A DNA stretch of 32,000 bases from Candidatus Baldrarchaeum yapensis (GTDB lineage Archaea; Asgardarchaeota; Baldrarchaeia; Baldrarchaeales; Baldrarchaeaceae), in NCBI GenBank assembly GCA_016840465.1, contig JAEOSH010000010.1, positions 19,544-51,543 on the forward strand, in the 5' to 3' direction. This document shows, in pieces, positions 15,834 through 25,381 of this stretch; position 1 is the first letter of the stretch, and the number at the start of each line of letters is the position of its first letter. The notes beneath the pieces were generated by a model. The model searched no databases, was not told the origin of the DNA, and saw only the letters and a program-made list of their open reading frames with translations. Position numbers and translations under genes: made by a program.

Positions 15834-17513
15834 TTACATACTTCGTTTCCTTATTGCATACGCGGAAAGCCCCAGTGCCAGCAGTATCAGTAGCACCACG
15901 GTTATGTGTGGTATGAAGTCGCTAATCGTTGGCGCTGGTGCGACGCCTTCGGTCTTCGCCTCCTCCTCAACTGGTGTTACAAGGGCCCAGAGCGATGTAT
16001 GGTTTACCTCTGCAACAGCATAGTATTCTCCATTCTCCTGCACAATTTTCGTGGGAACCGTCACCCACTCTCCGGTGCTATTATCATAGTAGGCAATGCT
16101 GATGTTGGCCTTCTCGGGGTCAACTTCTTCTGGAATCTTGAACTTTAGCGTTATCGTGCCCTCGATAACGTCTTCACTGCTTACCTCGAGCAGATACTCG
16201 CCTGTAACGTTGTACTTCTTGCTTTCAATCGTTACATTGCCCGCAGTGATAGACTCTATGTAGAGCGTCGCATTACCATTAACGTGAATGACGATCGCCG
16301 CCTTCCCCGCTCTCTGTATCACTATCGATCCGTTACTCACGTCCGCTAAGCACTTCTCGCCAATGGTGATATTAAACTTCTTCCGCATTACGACGATGAA
16401 CCTCTTAACCTGAGGCGCGTCCTGGATTGTGCTGTTGAGCGCCGAAAGAAGTGCCTGTGGATCTTCTGCCTCGACCTCCCTTGCCTCATCCAGCGGCGTG
16501 AGGATCGTCCTGAGAATCAGCACAACTTTGTATCCTTCTCCGTTAAGGCTCTCTATGTATCCCCGTAACCTATCGGGCGTCACAGTACCCGCCACCATGA
16601 CACAATGCTCGGTCTCGACTCCCGGCGTATTAAACCTTATCGCATAAACGCCAAAGTGGGTCTTCAGGGGCTCGCCAGAAATGGTGTCCAAGGTTAATGC
16701 AAATGGACCAGTATCCTTACCCCAAAGGCTTCTCGTCAAATCCACTAACTTCATGAAGTCTATTTTTTCGTTAGTTAGCCTCCACACATATGACGTATCA
16801 TTTGAATGTACTAGTTCGATCCCTTCTGGTGCTACAAGGTTGCTTAACCACTCGTTCAATATCCCCTTTACGAAACCATCAGTATGGTCTTGAAGCCTGA
16901 TTATTATCGTACCATTGTAAAACTCCCATATACCAATCCTGGCCGTGTTTCCAAAGCCCTCGAAGAGTGACGCATTTATTAATGCTCTTAACATCTCTCT
17001 CCTGTGCATTATCCTCTCCTTAAACATATTCCTAAAGCTCTCTGTGGATGTACCATTACGCACCATCTCCGTAATCTCATAATGCCACTCATAGCCCTCT
17101 TCCTTGAGTTTGCCCATCACATCGGTGATGTTAAATAGTTCATCCGCAGACAAGTTAACGTAGTTTATAACGTAGTGGCTTATTGTCCCGTTTTCGACGG
17201 GAACTCGTCTGTAGCTGAACCCCACAAACACCATTCCATACTGCATAGCAAGAGTAGCAGTATCTTTGGACGTAACGGACGTAACGTTCAGCACCATGCT
17301 ATCAGCGATTAACAGTGACGAGTTGAGTGCTGTTGCTCTTATCACCGCGATGCTAGGGCTTTTGGTCATATTCATATTACCGCTTATACTGTTCTCATCA
17401 CCACTCATGTTCCCAGAGGCACACGCAATATTTGTTGTAACTGTTGCGAGAGCCACTGGAAGCACTAAGAGCGTTATGAAGAGAACTACTGCAGGTGCTT
17501 TCACTTCTCTCAT
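15834..17513 (-). CDS. Secreted, C-terminally membrane-anchored surface glycoprotein candidate
   Basis: N-terminal signal-like segment is MREVKAPAVVLFITLLVLPVALA. I counted about 20 N-x-S/T sequons by eye. The C-terminus ANISIAYYDNSTGEWVTVPTKIVQENGEYYAVAEVNHTSLWALV is followed by a linker, a TM helix HITVVLLILLALGLSAYAI and a basic tail RKRSM. Confidence 0.7.
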   Translation of the reverse strand: MREVKAPAVVLFITLLVLPVALATVTTNIACASGNMSGDENSISGNMNMTKSPSIAVIRATALNSSLLIADSMVLNVTSVTSKDTATLAMQYGMVFVGFSYRRVPVENGTISHYVINYVNLSADELFNITDVMGKLKEEGYEWHYEITEMVRNGTSTESFRNMFKERIMHRREMLRALINASLFEGFGNTARIGIWEFYNGTIIIRLQDHTDGFVKGILNEWLSNLVAPEGIELVHSNDTSYVWRLTNEKIDFMKLVDLTRSLWGKDTGPFALTLDTISGEPLKTHFGVYAIRFNTPGVETEHCVMVAGTVTPDRLRGYIESLNGEGYKVVLILRTILTPLDEAREVEAEDPQALLSALNSTIQDAPQVKRFIVVMRKKFNITIGEKCLADVSNGSIVIQRAGKAAIVIHVNGNATLYIESITAGNVTIESKKYNVTGEYLLEVSSEDVIEGTITLKFKIPEEVDPEKANISIAYYDNSTGEWVTVPTKIVQENGEYYAVAEVNHTSLWALVTPVEEEAKTEGVAPAPTISDFIPHITVVLLILLALGLSAYAIRKRSM

Positions 17514-17601
17514 ACAACCACCTCAATTTTCTCACTTACTACGTGAAGATGGCCTGTATTAAGCGTTGAGTTCAAGGGGGATGGAGTGTACCTCTAGGAG
17601 T

Positions 17602-17613
17602 TTCGAATTCGAA
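17602..17613. promoter_or_regulatory. Perfect 12-bp palindrome TTCGAATTCGAA upstream of the surface-protein gene
   Basis: Seen at 17602-17613, about 90 nt upstream of the start at 17513. Related half-sites occur at ATTTCGAATT (18676-18685) and aaatttcgataat (about 17641-17653). Confidence 0.3.
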
Positions 17614-17702
17614 CAATTATTTGTGTAAATCGTACGATTAAATTTCGATAATAGAACATTATAGGTAGCGAATCGGTGGATCTAGACAAAAAGTCAAAGT
17701 AA

Positions 17703-18575
17703 TCATTTGGAGATTAATGTGCTCGGATATATCACCATTATGTGTATTAAATTCATGTAGAGTATGATGAGGGCTATTATCAACGCTTTATCCCGGGGTA
17801 CGTGCTTGGATATCGATATTGCCTCTATGAGTATCATTAGAGCGATTATCTGGAATGCAAACAGCAAAATACCAATTATGTTCCAATTTACCGCTATTGA
17901 GGATAACCCTTGAAGCTTCACGATATATACCAGTGATGAAAAAATTATAAGTGGCAATTGAGAGTATACAACTCCTATTAATAGCGATAGGTTCCCACCA
18001 CGAGCTTTAAATACAAGCTTGCATAAGGCGTTACAGATCACGAAAATAAACAACACATTAAGTAGAAAGAGGGCCACGGTTTCGAGTATTGACGAGTACT
18101 TGTACTCGAACACTATGGACAGGATGAGGGGGCACATTCCTCCCCAGTGGTACACAAGGCATCCTAGTACAATTATAAGGATAGCATCTATTACGTGCAC
18201 CGTCGGCGCGGAAAGTATGTAATACAAGAACCTATTTAATGGCACAAAGAACCTTTTCTCTATCACCTGCACAAACGGACTTCGATCACGTGGCGGAGGT
18301 AGCCCCTTTAGCACTTGAACGTCGCCACTTTTCAGAAACTCATAAACCTTTTCGCCCAATTGTGTCAACGTGTACTTTCCATCAGTATCCTTCGTTATCA
18401 GAGGCCCGAGTGCACGTATGTGATGATATAAGGTTCCAGGAGGAACCTGCAAGGCCTCCGACAATTCCTTATATCCAAGCCTCCCCTTCTCTCCAGCCAG
18501 GGTTATTATTTTCCTACGAATGGGGTGATCCAGCGCCCGTAGAACCCTCAGCAGATCCTTTTCGTTTTTTGGCAT
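17703..18575 (-). CDS. Membrane-anchored ArsR-family winged-helix regulator (N-terminal wHTH plus multi-TM C-terminal domain)
   Basis: LLRVLRALDHPIRRKIITLAGEKGRLGYKELSEALQVPPGTLYHHIRAL is a canonical ArsR/SmtB-type wHTH. Residues from about 115 to 290 form 5-6 hydrophobic helices. Confidence 0.75.
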   Translation of the reverse strand: MPKNEKDLLRVLRALDHPIRRKIITLAGEKGRLGYKELSEALQVPPGTLYHHIRALGPLITKDTDGKYTLTQLGEKVYEFLKSGDVQVLKGLPPPRDRSPFVQVIEKRFFVPLNRFLYYILSAPTVHVIDAILIIVLGCLVYHWGGMCPLILSIVFEYKYSSILETVALFLLNVLFIFVICNALCKLVFKARGGNLSLLIGVVYSQLPLIIFSSLVYIVKLQGLSSIAVNWNIIGILLFAFQIIALMILIEAISISKHVPRDKALIIALIILYMNLIHIMVIYPSTLISK

Positions 18576-18763
18576 AATATCATCCTTTTACGACATTGTT
18601 GGTTAATCACAGGGTCCCGTGCTTTTTCTATCTTTTTAGAAGTAATTTAATAAAAAAGGTTTCCTAAACCATTGGATTTCGAATTAAAGACAAATTTTTC
18701 GATCAGAAGAGGCAGTCAGAAGGGCACATGAGCCTCCGCAGGTAACTCATAATTGCGAAATAG

Positions 18764-19501
18764 TCATCGAATCTTAACACCTAAGTCTTCGAGGGCACGC
18801 CTCAGCTCGGCAAAGTTACTCACCACGGCATCTGGCTGGGCTGGCGCATCTCTTTGCGAGAACTCAGACCCCTTTATTAAAATCGCCCTCATGCCGAAGT
18901 TCTTGGCGCCAGCAATGTCCCTCCTAGTATCATCTCCTATGAGTACAGAGTTCTCCGGTCGCGCCCCACATCTAGAAAGCGCCTCCCGGAAGTACTCGGG
19001 ATGCGGTTTTATTGCGTGCATGTTCTCTCCTGTAGTTATAATGCAATACGGGAAACCTGAAACCCCTACCCATTTCATCCTCATGAGCACCGCGGACTCC
19101 GAGGTTATCGGATCCGTGAGAATCCCAACCTTATACCCACATTCGAACAACTTTTCGATCAACTCCCGCGCGCCCTCTACCTTCCTGTAGTAAATTTTCA
19201 ACTCGGGAAACTTATCCCGGTAAAACTCGAGAATCGCCTCTTTGATTTCCTCTGGGTGCTTTCCGAATCTTCGCCCCATTCTTATGCAGAACTCCTCCAT
19301 TATCGTCCTATTGAGCGGCGGATTCTCCCTCATATCCTCAATTATCTCAAACGGAATCCTAGCAAGGACGCTTAGCGGCTCATCTATCCGCTTGGCTAGG
19401 ACTTCAGCAAGCCCTTTGATGAACGCTCTCGTGAACCCTCTCCTATCGGTAACCCTCCCGAGCGTTCCGTCAAGATCGAAAAATACGTACTCTATCTCCA
19501 T
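18764..19501 (-). CDS. HAD-superfamily hydrolase (phosphatase-like)
   Basis: Motif I is VFFDLDGTL. The late motif is ENSVLIGDDTRRDIAGAKNFGMRAILI. ATG 19501 is preferred over the track's GTG 19510 because GGTGA lies 5 nt upstream of the ATG. Confidence 0.85.
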   Translation of the reverse strand: MEIEYVFFDLDGTLGRVTDRRGFTRAFIKGLAEVLAKRIDEPLSVLARIPFEIIEDMRENPPLNRTIMEEFCIRMGRRFGKHPEEIKEAILEFYRDKFPELKIYYRKVEGARELIEKLFECGYKVGILTDPITSESAVLMRMKWVGVSGFPYCIITTGENMHAIKPHPEYFREALSRCGARPENSVLIGDDTRRDIAGAKNFGMRAILIKGSEFSQRDAPAQPDAVVSNFAELRRALEDLGVKIR

Positions 19502-19608
19502 TGTCCTCACCGCGCAGACACCTCTTTATTGGAACTCAATGTAATAAATGTTAACCGTGAGGGAAGAGTTATGTTCACGGGTATTAGAATCCAAATTGGG
19601 GTGACTGT

Positions 19609-20169
19609 ATGCCCGTGCTGACTGGTAAAAGTGTTGAAGAGGAAGCAGTGTTACAAGTAGCAAAATTGATGGCAATAAGCGCTAGAACGGCACCTAAGAG
19701 CAAAGGTATTGACGATATAGAGGTCGCAATAGTCCATGGAGAAGAACTGGAGAAAATCGCCAAGAAGATGGAGGAACTCGCGAATAAGACGGGAGATAGA
19801 AACTATACTAGGGATGCAAACAGCGTCAGGCAATCTTACGCAATAGTGCTGATAGGAGTCCATGGGAGAAGACCTTTGGGGATGAACTGTGGGCTGTGCG
19901 GGTTTGAATCTTGCGAGGAATTCCTAAACGCCAAAGTCATCGATAGAGGAATGCTAAGAGGCCCACTATGCGTCTTTAAACTGCTCGACCTAGGAATAGC
20001 GTTGGGGTCCGCCGTGAAAACCGCCAGCCTGCATAACGTCGACAATCGCATGATGTTCAGGATAGGAACTGCCGCCCGGCTACTCGGCCTCCTTGAATGC
20101 GACCTCATCATAGGCATACCACTGGCGGCAACTGGAAAAAGCCCATTCTTCGATCGAAAAGAAACCTGA
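19609..20169 (+). CDS. DUF2148-like protein (uncharacterised protein with ferredoxin-like Cys motif)
   Basis: ISARTAPKSKGIDD, MNCGLCGFESCEEF, GPLCVFKLLDLGIALGSAVKTAS, NVDNRMMFRIGTAA and IGIPLAATGKSPFFDR match my memory of the DUF2148/COG4739 family pattern. Confidence 0.55.
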   Translation: MPVLTGKSVEEEAVLQVAKLMAISARTAPKSKGIDDIEVAIVHGEELEKIAKKMEELANKTGDRNYTRDANSVRQSYAIVLIGVHGRRPLGMNCGLCGFESCEEFLNAKVIDRGMLRGPLCVFKLLDLGIALGSAVKTASLHNVDNRMMFRIGTAARLLGLLECDLIIGIPLAATGKSPFFDRKET

Positions 20170-20333
20170 ATGTTACCAACGCAATCCCAATCAGCAAAAT
20201 CTATTTATTTGTTAAAATAAAACTCCAAGTATCGGTCATTTCATACTCCCGTTTGCAAAAGTACTACTTTTTGTAGTCAGATGCTTCGAAAAACTCGTAA
20301 AACTTTCCAGAAAAACGCCAGTATTGGCGAAAG

Positions 20334-20342
20334 TTTAAAATA
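20334..20342 (+). promoter_or_regulatory. TATA-box candidate (TTTAAAATA, with purine-rich BRE-like cgaaag upstream) for the VTT-domain gene
   Basis: Lies about 50 nt upstream of ATG 20394, followed by GGAGGT at 20375-20380. Confidence 0.4.
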
Positions 20343-20393
20343 CTGCACTTTGCAATGCTCTGAACCAAGTGCGTGGAGGTTATAGATGTGAAG

Positions 20394-21095
20394 ATGGAGA
20401 TAAGAAAGTCCGATATTATTTTTTTAGTCCTACTAGTCGTTACGACGGTTCTTCTTTTCATCTTTGGGGATCAAATTCTCGCTCTCAGCAGATCTCTCAA
20501 TGAGTGGACAAAGAATGTGGGTGTGGAATACGGATATATCGGTATCTTCATAGCGTGTGTCATTGGAAATGGTACAATAATAATTCCCATACCCTACGCG
20601 CTAATAATAGTCTTCTTTGCTACAAATCCAAACTTTGATCCTCTTCTCTTAGGGCTGGTGGCGGGTTTCGGCTCTGCAATCGGAGAAATAACGTCATATG
20701 CATTAGGTCGCGGCGTTGGAAAAATAGGCATCGAAAGTAAGTACTCATGGGAGTTAGAAAGGTTAAAAACGGTAATCGAGAACAAGACTTTTTTCGTAAT
20801 ATTCCTCTTCGGGCTCACACCACTTCCCGACGACATTATAATGATCCCCGTCGGAATAATCGGTTATAATTTTAAGAAGGCAATCCTTGCATGCGCATTG
20901 GGAAAGATAATCCTCAGCCTGTTCTTGGCATATGGAGGACATTACGGGGCGCAAGTGGCTGAAAGTATGTTTGGAGAATCTAATCCACTAAGCATAACAG
21001 TAACAACGCTCGCTATCATCGTCATTGCGTATTTGACGATCCGTACAGACTGGAGCTCTCTGCTTAAGAGAATCAAACCCAAAGAACAAAAGTGA
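20394..21095 (+). CDS. VTT-domain (DedA / YqaA / Tvp38-like) membrane protein
   Basis: YGYIGIFIACVIGNGTIIIPIPYALIIVFFA...LLGLVAGFGSAIGEITSYALGRGVGK fits the VTT-domain core. The ORF opens at GTG 20373. GTG 20388 or ATG 20394 better fit the GGAGGT at 20375-20380. Confidence 0.6.
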   Translation: MEIRKSDIIFLVLLVVTTVLLFIFGDQILALSRSLNEWTKNVGVEYGYIGIFIACVIGNGTIIIPIPYALIIVFFATNPNFDPLLLGLVAGFGSAIGEITSYALGRGVGKIGIESKYSWELERLKTVIENKTFFVIFLFGLTPLPDDIIMIPVGIIGYNFKKAILACALGKIILSLFLAYGGHYGAQVAESMFGESNPLSITVTTLAIIVIAYLTIRTDWSSLLKRIKPKEQK

Positions 21096-21184
21096 CCCGC
21101 TTCAAATTTCCTCGGATAGTAACTGTAGCAAATTTCCTAATGCCGAGCAGAGCACTAATATAGTAGGTTAACAAATGTGATCAC

Positions 21185-22081
21185 ATGAGCACCTTCTCGA
21201 CGGTAATAAGGCCAGGTATTCTATTCATCGAGGGAGAGTTTAAAGGAAAATTCCCCTTCTCGAATTCGCTATTGATAAAAGGCAAAAAACGCACAGCACT
21301 TATCGATGCAGGGACTGGCATAAGAGTCATTCAGCACTATAAAGACAAGATCGACGTAGTCGTGCTGACTCACCTCCATCCTGATCACTTCTCATTGAGC
21401 TATCTATTCGAGGGCAAAAGAGTGTACATCCCGGCGGTAGAGTCGCGTTATCGAAGGCTCGAAGATCTGGCACTGCGTTATGTTGGCGAGAAGCTTGCTC
21501 CCATCTGGTTGAGGTACGTTAAGGAAACCATGATGGCGCGGGATCCATATTTCACCGATACCTACGAAGAGGGAGACGTGATAGATCTCGGCAACGTGGA
21601 ATTGCAACCCATTTACACGCCGGGCCACTCGCTTGGTCATCATGTCATCCTCATTGGAGACAAGATACTACACGGAGCCGACATAGACCTTACATCCTTC
21701 GGTCCGTGGTACGGTCACGTTGAGAGCAACATAGACAAATTCCTCGACAGCATAAAGAGGGTTATGCAACTCGATGTCGAGATCTATGTGAGTGGGCATA
21801 AGCGGCCAGTCACCGGTAGGGAGGAGATACTATCGGAGCTTGAAAGGTTCGCGGGGAAGTTTAAGGAAACTGAAGAGAGGATCCTTGAGGCGTTAAGAGA
21901 GCCGAAAAGTGTGGAGGAACTTGTACACATGGGGATAATATATCAGAAAAAACCATATGCGCGGGAACTTCTCGAATACTGGGAAGCAAACATGATAATG
22001 AAGCACTTGGATAGACTTGTAAAGCGCGGACTCGTTAGAACCACCACAAATGGAAAATACATCGCAATAAAGGATCTGTAG
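21185..22081 (+). CDS. Metallo-beta-lactamase-fold hydrolase with a C-terminal winged-helix-like tail
   Basis: Contains VVLTHLHPDHF (HxHxDH), TPGHSLGH and SGHK. The C-terminus is MKHLDRLVKRGLVRTTTNGKYIAIK. Confidence 0.85.
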   Translation: MSTFSTVIRPGILFIEGEFKGKFPFSNSLLIKGKKRTALIDAGTGIRVIQHYKDKIDVVVLTHLHPDHFSLSYLFEGKRVYIPAVESRYRRLEDLALRYVGEKLAPIWLRYVKETMMARDPYFTDTYEEGDVIDLGNVELQPIYTPGHSLGHHVILIGDKILHGADIDLTSFGPWYGHVESNIDKFLDSIKRVMQLDVEIYVSGHKRPVTGREEILSELERFAGKFKETEERILEALREPKSVEELVHMGIIYQKKPYARELLEYWEANMIMKHLDRLVKRGLVRTTTNGKYIAIKDL

Positions 22082-22108
22082 GAAGGAGGGAGTAGTATTT
22101 TGCAATAT

Positions 22109-22135
22109 GATCTGTGGGATCTTTTTTTAGTTTTT
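22109..22135 (+). terminator. Short hairpin plus T7/T5 tracts after the MBL gene
   Basis: GATCtgtggGATC is followed by TTTTTTTagTTTTT, beginning 28 nt after the stop. Confidence 0.5.
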
Positions 22136-22225
22136 ACCAAAGATCATTCTTCTCCTTGCCACCGATGTTCAGGCAATATGTAGGTAACAACCTAAATATA
22201 TTGGAAAGCCCGCTAGCCTTTTGGG

Positions 22226-23734
22226 GTGGAAAATATTTTCGTGAAAAATCTTAGGTGCGTGTCATGCGGGTATGAATTTCCGCTATCGGATACGATACTA
22301 AAATGCCCGCTCTGTGGGTCGAATGTAGAAGTCATGTACGATTATGAGCGGTTGAAAGAAGTATCGAATGAAGGACTCTTCGAAGCCAGTAGGAGTAATA
22401 TATGGAGGTATCGAGCACTTCTGCCAGTGTTCTCTGAAAAGTGTATAGTGTCTTTAGATGAGGGATGGACCCCCCTCTTCGAAGCCAAGAACCTACCCGA
22501 GAGATTAAACGTAAGCTCGAAGCTTATCCTCAAGAACGAAACTATAAACCCTACGGGATCCTTCTTGGATAGGGGGTCGTCCGTACTCGTGAGTAGGTGC
22601 TTGGAACTCGGAGTCAGTGCTATTGCGTGTGTGACCACCGGAAATATGGGCGCATCTCTTTCCGCATATTGCGCCAAGGCATGCATATCCTGCACGAACT
22701 TTATACCCAAACTTGTGGAACTCGGAAAATTGTATCAAACTGTAATATACGGTGGAAAAATAATATGGTGCGAAGATGTGGACGACGCGACCGCGAAGGC
22801 CCTGAAGGCATGCAATAAAGGTGTGTACCCGGCCCTGCCTAACAATCCTATTTTCCTCGACGGCCTAAAAACGACGGCTATCGAAATATGTGAGCAGATG
22901 AACTGGAACGTGCCTAACTTTGTAGTCGTCCCGATAGGTAATGGCGGCCACATAGGGATGATCTGGAAGGGATTCTGGGAAATGATGCAACTAGGGTTCA
23001 CGGATGAGATTCCCAAACTGGTAGGCGTTCAAACTGCCAGATGCGCGCCAGTCATGGAGATCACTGGGGGAATTATGAGAAGGGGGCGTGAAATCAGAAG
23101 TGTGGCGGTTGATATAGCGATCAAGAAACCACTGAATCTCTATCTTGCAGTCAGGGCAATAAGGGAATCAAAGGGGACCGTAATTGCAGTATCGGATGAT
23201 GAGATGATAGAGTCCGTCTCTATACTTGCAAAGAGCGAGGGGATATTCGCAGAACCGGCCGCCGCCTCAACAGTCGCCGCAATAAAGGCCTTGAGTGATG
23301 AGGGGATTATAGAAAGGGGAGATGAAGTTGTTTGCGTTCTGACGGGTGCGGGACTCAAGGACCCGTTCACTGCACGGGAACTGGTTAGGCGGGCAAGAGA
23401 GGTGTGTGGCGTTCTCGGGGATGTGGAGGAGTTTATGGGCTTCAGGAGAATTGGCAGGACGAAAATGCTGATTCTGGAGATATTAAAGGAAAAGGAGAGT
23501 TACGGATATGCTATCTGGAAAGAACTGAGGAGAAAAGGCAGAAGAATAAGCATGCCCACAGTTTATCAGCATCTGCTCGAACTGGAAGCCATGGGGTTGA
23601 TAGAAAGGATTCCCCGCGTAGTCGAGGATAGCAGGGCTGGGAGGAGAAATAAGGTACTTTACAAAGTGACAAAGATAGGGCTTGAAATCTTAGAATCCCT
23701 CCTACGGGGGAGAGCGGGCAATACTAAGGCATAA
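22226..23734 (+). CDS. Threonine-synthase-like (fold-type II PLP) protein lacking the Schiff-base lysine, fused to a C-terminal PadR-type wHTH; probable regulator, not an enzyme
   Basis: It has the archaeal ThrC layout: Zn ribbon [14 protein letters not shown], then [59 protein letters not shown] and LTGAGLKDP. The invariant NPTGSFKDRG instead reads [10 protein letters not shown] (Leu114, codon TTG at 22565-22567). The C-terminal 90 aa, [49 protein letters not shown]...[17 protein letters not shown], are PadR-like. GTG start; a TATA-like ctaaatatatt lies about 30 nt upstream. Confidence 0.8.
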   Translation: MENIFVKNLRCVSCGYEFPLSDTILKCPLCGSNVEVMYDYERLKEVSNEGLFEASRSNIWRYRALLPVFSEKCIVSLDEGWTPLFEAKNLPERLNVSSKLILKNETINPTGSFLDRGSSVLVSRCLELGVSAIACVTTGNMGASLSAYCAKACISCTNFIPKLVELGKLYQTVIYGGKIIWCEDVDDATAKALKACNKGVYPALPNNPIFLDGLKTTAIEICEQMNWNVPNFVVVPIGNGGHIGMIWKGFWEMMQLGFTDEIPKLVGVQTARCAPVMEITGGIMRRGREIRSVAVDIAIKKPLNLYLAVRAIRESKGTVIAVSDDEMIESVSILAKSEGIFAEPAAASTVAAIKALSDEGIIERGDEVVCVLTGAGLKDPFTARELVRRAREVCGVLGDVEEFMGFRRIGRTKMLILEILKEKESYGYAIWKELRRKGRRISMPTVYQHLLELEAMGLIERIPRVVEDSRAGRRNKVLYKVTKIGLEILESLLRGRAGNTKA

Positions 23735-23777
23735 TATTGGCAGAAATGCAAATCGCCACCTACTGACGCATAATCTC

Positions 23778-24692
23778 ATGGTGACAGTAATGATTGAGGT
23801 GGGTACTGTACGCGTTAAGAGAGGCTTTGCGCAAATGTGCAAAGGCGGCGTCATAATGGATGTGACAAATGTTGAGCAGGCGCAGATAGCGGAAGATGCA
23901 GGCGCCGTTGCAGTAATGGTCCTAGATAAGCTACCAGCTGATGTTAGAAAGGCGGGTGGGGTTGCGCGTACGGCGAGCCTTAAAATAATAGAGGAGGTCA
24001 TGGATCATGTCACGATTCCAGTAATGGCGAAGTGCAGGATCGGACACGTAGAGGAGGCAAGAGTGCTCGAAGAGTTGGGCGTGGACATGATTGATGAAAG
24101 CGAGGTACTTACTCCAGCAGATGAGAGGCGACACATATGGAAGTGGGACTTCAGGACCCCCTTTGTTAATGGGGCGAGAAATCTGGGAGAGGCGCTTAGG
24201 AGAATAGAAGAGGGCGCCGCAATGATCAGGACAAAGGGGGAAGCGGGGACTGGGAATGTTGCAGAAGCGGTTAGGCACATGAGACTCATGGTTAATCAGA
24301 TAAGGTGGTTAACGGCAATAAGAGATGACCCTTATGAACTACTTAGGGCCGCGCGTAGGATGCGTGTGAGTTTCGCATTGGTCAGAGAAGTTGCGGAGCT
24401 GGGTAGGCTTCCCGTCGTTAATTTTGCAGCAGGCGGAATAGCGACTCCCGCAGATGCGGCATTGATGATGAGGCTCGGAGCAGATGGCGTTTTTGTTGGC
24501 AGTGGTATCTTTAAGAGCGAAGATCCCGAAGAGCGGGCATATGCGATGGTTCTCGCGGTGGCTCACTGGGATGATCCCGAAATAGTCATGGAGGCCCAAA
24601 AGATGGTAAGTGAACAGAAGAGCATGCGTGGCATCGACATAAGGACATTGAGAAAGGAAGAACTTATGCAGATCAGAGGTGCAACCGCGTGA
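23778..24692 (+). CDS. pdxS: Pyridoxal 5'-phosphate synthase, lyase subunit PdxS
   Basis: Contains [96 protein letters not shown] and [11 protein letters not shown]. Confidence 0.95.
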   Translation: MVTVMIEVGTVRVKRGFAQMCKGGVIMDVTNVEQAQIAEDAGAVAVMVLDKLPADVRKAGGVARTASLKIIEEVMDHVTIPVMAKCRIGHVEEARVLEELGVDMIDESEVLTPADERRHIWKWDFRTPFVNGARNLGEALRRIEEGAAMIRTKGEAGTGNVAEAVRHMRLMVNQIRWLTAIRDDPYELLRAARRMRVSFALVREVAELGRLPVVNFAAGGIATPADAALMMRLGADGVFVGSGIFKSEDPEERAYAMVLAVAHWDDPEIVMEAQKMVSEQKSMRGIDIRTLRKEELMQIRGATA

Positions 24693-25303
24693 TCCGAATA
24701 GGTGTACTCGCGTTACAGGGTGCGGTCCAGGAACACGTCATTGCAACCAGAAGGGCGTTTGACTCGCTGGGAATAAAGGGAGAGGTGACTAGGGTGAAAC
24801 TGCCAAGGAATCTCGAGCACGTGGATGCATTGATAATTCCAGGTGGAGAGTCTACGGTGATCGGCAGGCTCGCTGAGAGGTCAGGACTCCTAGAAAGGAT
24901 ACGTGAGCGGGCCACCGATCAAAACCTTGCAATTATGGGAACATGCGCGGGGATGGTCTTACTGGCAAAGGAAGTAGATGAGAGACATGTGGGTGAGGTC
25001 TCTCAGCCACTTTTGCGCCTCATGGACATCTCCGTAACTAGAAACGCATTTGGCAGACAGAAGGAATCATTTGAGACATTCCTTGAAATACCCGTGATAG
25101 GTCCGGAGCCCTTCAGGGCGGTGTTCATCAGGGCACCCGCCGTTAAAAGAATACTCAGCAATAAAGTTGAAGTTTTAGCAAAACTCGGTGAGGTCCCAGT
25201 AGCGGTGAGACAGGAAAACATGTTAGCCCTCTCCTTCCATCCGGAGCTGACGGATGATCTGCGGTTGCACAAGTACTTTATAGAAATGACTACTGGTGTG
25301 TGA
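24689..25303 (+). CDS. pdxT: Pyridoxal 5'-phosphate synthase, glutaminase subunit PdxT
   Basis: Contains [30 protein letters not shown] (nucleophile Cys), RNAFGRQ and SFHPELT. The GTG start overlaps the pdxS stop (GTGA, 4-nt overlap). Confidence 0.93.
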   Translation: MIRIGVLALQGAVQEHVIATRRAFDSLGIKGEVTRVKLPRNLEHVDALIIPGGESTVIGRLAERSGLLERIRERATDQNLAIMGTCAGMVLLAKEVDERHVGEVSQPLLRLMDISVTRNAFGRQKESFETFLEIPVIGPEPFRAVFIRAPAVKRILSNKVEVLAKLGEVPVAVRQENMLALSFHPELTDDLRLHKYFIEMTTGV

Positions 25304-25381
25304 CAAAGGATCATAATCGCGATTGCTCGGTACCACTGGTTCAAGTCTTCTCACGGTGCGGTGGTCTCAAAGCTCCTCTTG

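Noticed and set aside
17590-17620. tRNA T-arm-like string (ttcgaattcgaa) in an intergenic region
   Set aside because: It is a simple DNA palindrome. No acceptor, D or anticodon arms can be built around it, and I saw no other tRNA-like GC-rich ~75-nt block in any spacer.
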